NCBI RefSeq assembly: GCF_006345805.1
Contig: NC_042999.1
Location: 44,764,001 to 44,828,000 of the forward strand
DNA from: Octopus sinensis
Lineage: Eukaryota
Reading direction: 5' to 3'
Length of the DNA stretch: 64,000 nt
Position 1 is the stretch's first letter, and every line of letters starts with the position of its first letter. The notes beneath the pieces were generated by a model. It had not been told where the DNA came from and did no database searches. It saw nothing but the letters and a program-made list of their open reading frames with translations. The translations under genes and the position numbers were made by a program. This document shows positions 55,318-64,000 of the stretch, one piece after another.

Positions 55318-55740
55318 CTTTTATTCCTTTATTTGTTTCAGTCATTTGACTGTAGTCATGCTGGAGCACCGCCTTTTGTCAAACAAATCAACCCCAAGAC
55401 TTATTCTTTGTAAGACTAATACTTATTCTATTTGTCTCTTTGCTGAACTGCTAAGTTACGGGAATGTAAACCCCACAACATCGGTTGTCAAGTGATGGAA
55501 TGGGACAAAGACAGATACATAAACACACACACACACACTCACACACACACACAAACACACAGACACACACATGCATACGACGGGCTCTTTCAGTTTCTGT
55601 CTATCAAATCCACTCACAAGGCTTTGCCCGAGGCTATTGTAGAAAACACTTGCCCAAGGTGCCATGCAGTGGGACTGAACCCAGAACCATGTGGTTGGTA
55701 AGCAAGCTACTTACCACACAGCCACTCCTGTGCCTATACA
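55318..55740 (-). mobile_element. SINE family A, full length
   Basis: Homologous to 47125-47527. Confidence 0.9.
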
Positions 55741-55840
55741 GCCACTCCTGCACCTGTACAGCCACTCCTGTGCCTATACAGCCACTCCTGTGCCTATACA
55801 GCCACTCCTATGCCTATACAGCCACTCCTGTGCCTATGTA
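55721..55840. repeat. 20-bp tandem repeat (6 copies) of the SINE-A 5' end
   Basis: Unit GCCACTCCTGTGCCTATACA. Confidence 0.9.
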
Positions 55841-55903
55841 TGTATAATGTAAATACATATGTATATATAAAAAATCAAAATAAGCAACGGGATATTAAGA
55901 GTG

Positions 55904-55991
55904 ATGCAGTACGACTGTTTCAAGCAGCTCCATTTAATTGAACAATGCAATCATTACATCAATTTAAATGCAGGGCTATCCTCAGCTGCAT
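55904..55991 (-). ncRNA. Type I hammerhead motif, intact core, irregular stem II base
   Basis: AUGCAG-CUGAGGA-[stem II including CAUUUAA/UUAAAUG]-GAAA-C AGUC G-UA-CUGCAU. Confidence 0.6.
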
Positions 55992-57164
55992 AAATAAATA
56001 GAATTTTTTAATCAGTTGGACACATTTATATAATTTTACTTAAATTTTCTAATAGCGCAAGAAGAGGGGAAAAATTCCATGTTACTACTAATGTAGCTCA
56101 AAATATACTACACTTCTAAGAACTGTAGGAAGTTCATTAGGGTCATAGCTTGTAAAGGGTTGTGGTTAATTTTTAATTTATTAGTCTTTTTTATCAACTG
56201 CCAAATCTAAGGCTAGAGGACAGTGTCTGTTTAGAATGGATAGACGGAGTGAGTTGACAGTTTATAGTTGGGTAAGGTCATAGATATTGTCAGGATTTTA
56301 GAATATGTGTAAGTAATTGTCTATAAAGGAGGCTTGGTAGGGGAAGATGTTAATTACCAGTTAAAGGGGCAAGATGTTAATAAAACATATGATGTTAATA
56401 CAGAGGAAATTATCATGATTGTATATAAACATATTGTTATGTTGTATGAAGATAAAATTTAAGATTACTAAAAATGATATTATAACCAGAATAGATAAAC
56501 TGTGTATGTATACCAATTTTCAACATTAGAAAAGGAAGATCACATAGGATTAGATTAGTTTAATATTTATTCCTGTACTTAATTATTTACTTATTAGGTG
56601 GTTTCTATAAAGATTGCTCTGGGTATTTACTTATGGAATACTGGGGCAATAAATCATCCTATCTTTATATTAATTGCAAGCTAAGAATCAGAAATAAGTT
56701 GTGCTCAGATACATGCACATACTATGTGTGTATATATGTATGTAAGTATGCATGTATGTATTTATTTGAGCAGTTACGTATCCATGTATATATATATATA
56801 TATATGGGTATCTGTGTATGTTTGTATGTGAGGTTTGCGCTTGTTTATATTAATACATATGTATGCACATATCTATCTGTGTGAATGTGTGTTCACACAC
56901 CACACAGGCACCACCCCACACACAGACACACACATACAATCTCTCTTTTATTCTTTTATACTTTTATAGTCATTAAACTGCAACCATGCTAGGGCACCAC
57001 CTTCTAGAAATTTTTGTTGAATGGTTGGCATTTGGAAGGGCGTCGAGCCATAGAAAACCATTCTAAATCAGACTGGAGCCTGGCAAAGCCTTCCAGCATG
57101 CCAGCCAAGTCAAACCGTTCAACCCATGGATAACAGATGTTAAATGATGATGATGGATCCAGCC

Positions 57165-57495
57165 CAGTACTTAATTTTGTTGCTAAGCCTGGTACTTATC
57201 CAATTGGTCTCTTTTGCCAAGCCATTAAGTTACAGGAACATAAACAAACCAATACCGGTTGTCAAGTGGTGGTGGGGGATGAGGTCAAACACAAAGACAC
57301 TCACACATGCACACACACACACACACACATGCACGATTGGCTCCTTTCAGTTTCTGTCTACTAAATACACTCACAATGCTTTGGTTGGCCTGAGGCAATG
57401 ATAGAAGATACTTGCCCAAGGTGTCACACAGTGGGACTGAGCCCATAAACATGTGGTTAGGAAGTAAGCTTCTTACCACATAACCATGCCTGTGT
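57165..57495 (-). mobile_element. SINE family A
   Basis: Homologous to 47125-47440. Confidence 0.8.
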
Positions 57496-57540
57496 CTTTA
57501 TATATGTGTACATTGATATGTGTGTGTGTGTATATAATAT

Positions 57541-57586
<46 letters not shown>

Positions 57587-57704
57587 ATTATATATACACA
57601 TATATATATGCATATATATATATATATAATATATATAATATATTATATATATATGCATGTATATATATATATAATATAATATATATATATATATATATAA
57701 TATT

Positions 57705-57757
<53 letters not shown>

Positions 57758-57970
57758 GTATATAATAGAAATATGTTATAAAAAGAAAATAGAAACTACA
57801 CTTGGAAATATAAGGGGGAAAGTAAGAAGAAAAAAAGTGAAAAAGCACATTAGAAATAAAAAAAAGTAAAGGCTTTTTATGAAAAGTAACGAAAGATATA
57901 TACAATTAGATGAACTAAGGTAGGAATGAAAGTAATAAAAGTCATTATTGTGAATTGTTAAAGAGATTCA

Positions 57971-58009
57971 AAAGCATACCGGTTTTGGGAATTTACTAAT
58001 CATTGCTTT
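57971..58009 (-). ncRNA. Decayed minimal hammerhead downstream of PLE 2
   Basis: AAAGCA-AUGAUUA-GUAAAUUCCC-AAAA-CCGG-UA-UGCUUU: 6-bp stem I and palindromic stem III, but three core mismatches. Confidence 0.35.
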
Positions 58010-58240
58010 GAATGCACACCAATTAATGAATGGTGTCAGGTCCCTGAGTAAAACAATTATGTGTAAGGAAGGTAAGTAGTTCTGGATTTGGTGCAATTAG
58101 GGTAGATATAGATCTGTAATGTGAATGGTGTGTGGGATGTATGGGGGTTAGTGGTATTAATTGAAAGGTTAGTAGTGTTCTGTATTATGTTATATGTTGA
58201 TATTGAGTTTTGGAAGATATTTATTGACGAAAGTTGCCTT

Positions 58241-60190
58241 TTATTCATTCTTGGTTGTACTGAGGTGTTCTGTGAACATTGATAGAAGGGGAAAATTAGG
58301 AAATTTTCTTTCTATGTGTTCACTAACCTGTATCTGTCTGTATTGTGGGTGGCAGATTTGTTCTTTGTAGAGAGTGGTTCTTCGATGGAGTGATATTCCT
58401 GTTTGGCCAATATAATTATGACCACAGCCTAAGCATGTAATGGCATAGTTAAGATTTTCTGCGGCACAGGGGAAATTTGATTTGATCTTAAATATTTCAC
58501 CTTGTTTAAACTGGAATTCTGAACCCTCCAAGAGGTGGGAGCATGTACCATAGTTTGGTCGACCACATTTTTTCACTTTTGGTCCTGTTGTTAATGGATA
58601 TAGTCTTACGCTGGTTAATATTTTTTTCAATGATTTGGGTTGCATTTTGCTCCTGATAATTTTGTGTGAGCCTAAAATTTTGTTCATTGGTTTATCTCCT
58701 GTGAGGATGGGAGATTTCGGATGATAATTTAAAGGCTTCATTATTTCTAGGGTTATGTGTAGAGATGTATGGGAGTATTTTTAAGTCTGGTTTAGTATTT
58801 TGGTTGACTTCCCTTAATGTTCGTATATCTATTTCCATAGCTCATTTAATGCCATCATTTATTAATGATATTGGGTAATGTCTTTTGATTAGTATTAATC
58901 TGAGTTCAAGTAGTCTTCATTCATGAGTATAGGTGTCCAAAACTATGGTACAGATTCTTTTTGCTAGATTATATGGTATATTAATTTTTATGTGTTTGGG
59001 GTGGCATGAGTTGAATAACAGGTATTGTTTAGAATCTGTGGGTTTATAGAAGATGTCTGTTTCGATGTGGTTATTAACTATTTTGATTAGGATGTCAAGA
59101 AAAGGGAGTTGTTTACTGTTATGCTCCATGGTGAAATGTATGTTGCTATTAATATTGTTAAGCATTATTTTGATATCGAGGAGTTTGTCCATGCTGTCTT
59201 TCCAAAGTATAAAGAAATCGTCTAAATACCTCTTCCAGTTCTCCTTTAAATAGCAATGAAATGGGGTGCCATATTTTTGTAGTGATGATTAATATATTTT
59301 AAGCTCTAGGTAACTCACTGGGGCAGCATTTGTTCCCATAGCAATTCCACATTTTAGTCGATAGTAATCTGTATCGAACATGAAATAGTTGTTCAGTTGG
59401 ATGAATTTGAGTGCTTCGATTATGAATCTGTGGTTAATGCATCCTGGGATCTCTTCTGGGTATTTTTCTAGCCAGAAGGGGATCGCTTATATACTATAAT
59501 CATGTGGGATATTAGTGTACAAATTCACCACATCGAATGATACCAACAGGGTTCCTTCATTTATTGTCTTTGGGAGGTGGTTCAACATGTCTAAGTCATC
59601 CCTGATGAAGCTTTTCACGTACTTTAGAAATGGTTTGAATAAGATGTTGAGGAATTTGCTCAAATGGTGGGCTTCACAAGCATGTCCAGCAATGATGGGT
59701 CTCAGTTTGAGGTCAGTAGGGGGAGGATTATTAATGCACAAGCTTGAAGAAACTTTGCAAGCTTTACAAATATGTAGATATTTGTGTATTTTAGGTAATC
59801 CATAGAATAGACTAGGCCTGTATTTAAAATTGGATAAAAAGTCTATTTCATGTTTAGTGAGTCCCTTTCCATGTATTTGAAGTAAGGAAGATAAGTTTTT
59901 AAGTGTCTTCTGTGGGTTGTATTGTACTATCTTCTCATAGTAAATATTATTTTCCAACATGGAGAGTATTAAGTTTTTGTAGCGCTCTGTGTTCATCACC
60001 ACTACTGCACTCCCTTTGTCGGCTTCTTTAATGGTGGGGTTTATATCATTTCTTTAACTTGATTAGGTCTTTCCATTCAATTACACAAAGACTGGATTTA
60101 ATTCGTTGTTTTTGTAGGGTATTTAAAGGAAAACTGGTAATGTGTTCACAAAAAGCATCAAGTGCTTTATTTCAGCTTTTTGTAGGACAG
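58241..60190 (-). pseudogene. Penelope-like element 2: RT + GIY-YIG, decayed, AT-rich family
   Basis: FYGLPKIHK, LRPIIAG, FDVVNLYTNIP, GIAMGTNAAP, WKRYLDDF, FYKPTDSKQYL, and YAITCLGCGHNYIGQTG. Confidence 0.9.
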
Positions 60191-60799
60191 TAATATATAT
60201 ATATCATCATCATCTTCATTTAACATTTCTTTTCCATACTGGCATGGGTTGGATTACTTAACAAGAAATGGCAAGACCAGGGGCTGCACCAGGTTCTATA
60301 GTCTGTTTTGGCTATAGAACATACCTATATATATATATATGTAAATTTGTGTGTTGTATGCATATGTATGCCCACACCAGCACCCACACCAATTCTTTTT
60401 ATGTGGCATCTTGGTTTTAGGATCTCAGGTCTGTTGTAGGGGTTGGGTTTTTGTGAGTACAGCAATGTGCCACATATTTCGGTCCTGTGTCATTTCCTTC
60501 ATAAGGCTCAGCATTTTGAGCCATTTATAGTCAATCTTCAGGCTAATGATAATAGTTAAATAAAAAAGCAAATAGAGTTAAACAATATTTATTTAAAAAA
60601 TAAATAAAATAATAATTTCTTATAGATTGACTATAATTTTAAATTGAATTTATTTCAATTGAATTTAAGCTTAATTGTAATTCGAATTTAATTGTAGCCA
60701 TGAAACATATGTAGTTTTTTTACTTATTATATTATATATTGATCATTCATTTTTATACTTTTTGAGACCTAGTTATAAGTTATATGTTTTATAAAAATA

Positions 60800-61196
60800 C
60801 TAGCAGTATCGCCCGGCGTTGCTCGGGTTTGTAAGGGAAATAACTATATAAGCATTTTTAGAGAGTTATAGCCAAAAAGTAGCAAAAAAATGCATTAAAA
60901 AGGGAAAAAAAATGATGGTAAATTTTTTTTTAAATCGTTGACTCATCGTAGACATTTTTAGAGAGTTACTTCCCTTATATGATAGCGAAAAAATGCATTA
61001 AAATGGAAAAAATGATGGTAAATTATTTTTAAAATCGTAGACTCATTGTAGATGCGCACTAATACCCAGAAGGGCTCGATATGAATCACGACTATAAGAT
61101 ACTCACTTTTGGTTACACTGCACCGCAAAATGTGGGAGTTGTTAGGAATCTAAATCGTGGGAGACAGACACACAACTTGACTTTTATATATAAAGA
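60800..61196 (-). mobile_element. Complete non-autonomous Helitron (about 400 bp)
   Basis: Minus strand A|TC...CCCGAGCAACGCCGGG hairpin...CTAG|T, with an internal duplication of about 100 bp. Confidence 0.75.
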
Positions 61197-61305
61197 TATA
61201 TTATTTGATATTTATGTTTTGGTTTATGTCTATCACTGTTTGAGTTGCATAATAGTGGTTTTATCTCTAATTTATATTATATATATAAATATATATATAT
61301 GCATG

Positions 61306-61337
<32 letters not shown>

Positions 61338-61367
61338 TGTATGTATATATGTATGTATGTATGTATG

Positions 61368-61422
<55 letters not shown>

Positions 61423-61973
61423 ATCTCTCTCTATATATATATATAGCTTGCCTCCCTTCTCAGTCATTAAGATAGTGCTTTCCATGGCTTTCGAGTTGTT
61501 TTGACTCTTATTTCTAGCAATACTGGTGCTGATTAGTGCCCTTTGTCCCTTTAGCAATGGCTATATATACATATATATAAATTCATAAATGACTGAGAAA
61601 TAATTTGATGAAATTCTATTTAACAATAAGAAAATTCTAAATTCACGTTTAATAATAAATGAATTACTTACATACCTGCATTATGCAGGATGCAAAAATT
61701 CTTCAAAATAATGCAGAATTTAAGATACATGCTCAGGTGAAAGAAAGTCATGTAAGTAATTTATATATTATTAACTATGATAATATAAATTTTTACATGT
61801 TTTAAGTTATAAAACAAATTGTCATGAAACTAGAATTTTATTATTGTTAAATACAAATTTCATTAAACTATTTTTCTCTCATTAACGTTTTTTCTTGCAT
61901 TTTATTATATATTCTCAGAAATATTAAATTTCTAAATTTCTCATAGAGATATGTATGGTGATGGCGCGATAGA

Positions 61974-62499
61974 GTGGTTGTATACTGTCAACTTAATGTG
62001 ACAGTAAGGTGGGGGGATTACACCACCGCTGTTTAGCCCTAGGAAGCATCGACACTTCCTGTTGGCCTTCACACATTTCCTGTGTCCTTATATATTTACG
62101 AAGGGGAGACAAATACCCCCAACAGCTAGGCCTGCATCTAGAGACACGCATGTTTCAGGGTTTTTGCCCATTATCGGTCTAGAGTAGCAGAGGCCTGCTT
62201 GCTGAAGACATCTGTCTAGTCCACTGAAATATTTGTATGTATATTTATGAAGACTAGACAGATATCTTCAGCTAGCAGGCCTCTGCTACTCTAGACCGAT
62301 GATGGGCAAAGACCCTGAAACATGCGTGTCTCTAGATGCAGGCCTAGCTGTTGGGGGTGTTTGTCTCCCCTTCGTAAATATATAAGGACACAAGAAATGT
62401 GTCAAGGCCGACAGGAAGTGTCAATGCTTCCTAGGGCTAAACAGCGGTGGTGTAATTCCCCCACCTTACTGTCACGTTAAGTTGACAGTATACAACCAC
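61974..62499. mobile_element. Foldback element: 248-bp arms, 30-nt spacer, hammerhead-like motifs
   Basis: 61974-62221 mirrors 62252-62499. +62290-62336 reads UCUAGA-CCGAUGA-U GGG CAAAGA CCC U-GAAA-CA UGCG UG-UC-UCUAGA. Confidence 0.8.
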
Positions 62500-63258
62500 A
62501 TTATATATACTATATGTTTTGTAGAATGATACATTAAAGAGCATTTTTTATGAGTACTACCCAATTACTTGAATCCGTATATTGTGACTTAAATATATTT
62601 GTATATATGTATGTATTTGTGTTTGCATGGATGTGGGCATGTTTTTGTGTTTCCATGTCCTAACATCACATTACAGTTGTGAGTGTCACTTTAACACAAA
62701 CAATGTTATTCATTACTATGGAAGCATGTCTGGCCAAGGCAAAATATTATGTTACTTGGAAACAAGTGGGGGTTGGTGCCAGAAAGGGCAACCAGATAGA
62801 AAATTTGCCTCAACAAATTTCATCATACAAACATAGAAAGTTAGATGTTAAAATGATTATGATGTTGATAATATATTTAAGGGGAATTTTAGGTGAGTTA
62901 AAATAATTTTTGTGATATGTTTCAACTTCTAAAAGCAAATTCACTGCAGTTGCTGAGGAAAAGAAATTCCCTCTTATGTTAAAAAGGTGTTAAAACATTA
63001 TATCTGTGCAGTGCTGCCCCCTGTCAGATTCCCAGATGTATTTCTTGCTTTTTTGCCATTATCAACAAGAAATACTGAAGAGAGGCAATTCTGGATAGAT
63101 CTAATCAAGCCATGGCTTTATCTAAAATATAGGCAATAACTTTGACTAATTTGCACTAGCTGACTGGCTTTACCTTTAGCAGTTGAAATATGTTACAAAC
63201 ATTTTAACTAACCTAAAGTTTACTTATACCGAAACACTGCTTGGTGCCAATATTACTG

Positions 63259-63305
<47 letters not shown>

Positions 63306-63344
63306 TATATATATATATATAATATATATGTATGATATATATAT

Positions 63345-63660
63345 ATATATATCAAGTCTGGGTGGAAAGTTGCTTCTCCAGCAAACACATAACCTAGAGG
63401 TGTTTTCATGGAAGACCAGCAGTTGCCCATGCATACCATCCTCCCCTCTCCATACCACCGATATTATCCAAGGGAAAGACAAAGGTCAATACATCTTGGC
63501 ACCAGTGACATCGCAACTCATTTCTACTGCCGAATGAACTGGAGCAACGGGAAATAAAGTGTCTTGCTCAAGAATACAACACACAGCCTGGTCTGGGAAT
63601 TGAACTCACAACCTCATGATTATAAGCCTGACACTCTAACCACTGAGCCATGCACCTTCA
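63345..63660 (-). mobile_element. SINE family B, full length
   Basis: Homologous to 13337-13628. Confidence 0.8.
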
Positions 63661-63662
63661 CA

Positions 63663-63698
<36 letters not shown>

Positions 63699-63806
63699 TA
63701 TATAGTGTGTTATGAGAATTTACGGAAAGGTATCCCATAGAGACTCAACAAGTATGTTAAAAAATGGAGAAGAAAAGATGTTAAAATTTAAAAGAATTTT
63801 AATACA

Positions 63807-63917
63807 TGCATACGATCATTTCGAACAGCGATATTAACATATAAATAACATGGTAGAATAATTAAAATTAATTTGATTAAATTAAATTAATTACATATCA
63901 CTATTCCTCTCAGTGCA
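63807..63917 (-). ncRNA. Degenerate type I hammerhead with a long stem II
   Basis: UGCA-CUGAGAG-GAAUAGUGAUAU...AUAUCGCUGUUC-GAAA-UGAUCG-UA-UGCA: 12-bp stem II, core out of register by one nt. Confidence 0.45.
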
Positions 63918-64000
63918 AGTGGCATACAACAGGAATTATTATTATTATTACATAAAACCTGAAGAAAATAGTAGAGTTTTAGCTTATACACAACTAGACT

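Overview
AT-rich, repeat-saturated animal genomic DNA. It is most likely octopus (coleoid cephalopod); this is inferred from the SINE/RTE repertoire and the extreme (TA)n/(TATC)n density and cannot be verified here. I find no supportable host exon, tRNA/rRNA gene or CRISPR array. Nearly all short ORFs in the track are translated microsatellites. Recognisable contents: a near-full-length but disrupted RTE-clade LINE (36.7-40.3 kb) and many copies of its 3' tail; two unrelated decayed Penelope-like elements (PLEs, RT + GIY-YIG; 48-51 kb on +, 58-60 kb on -); a full-length mariner with TIRs (53.9-55.2 kb); Helitron remnants; a CR1-group LINE remnant; and several tRNA-head SINE families. The main observation is that the ORF-less DNA between microsatellites is full of short foldback or tandem elements carrying type I hammerhead ribozyme (HHR) motifs. 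About a dozen sequence-unrelated families are present. Several motifs have an intact core and closed stems I/II/III, and in foldbacks the motifs always point outward from the centre. Decayed versions of the same motif lie downstream of both PLE ORFs. This suggests a dense, diverse population of ribozyme-bearing non-autonomous PLE/retrozyme-like elements. All structures were paired by eye, and ribozyme activity is untested.
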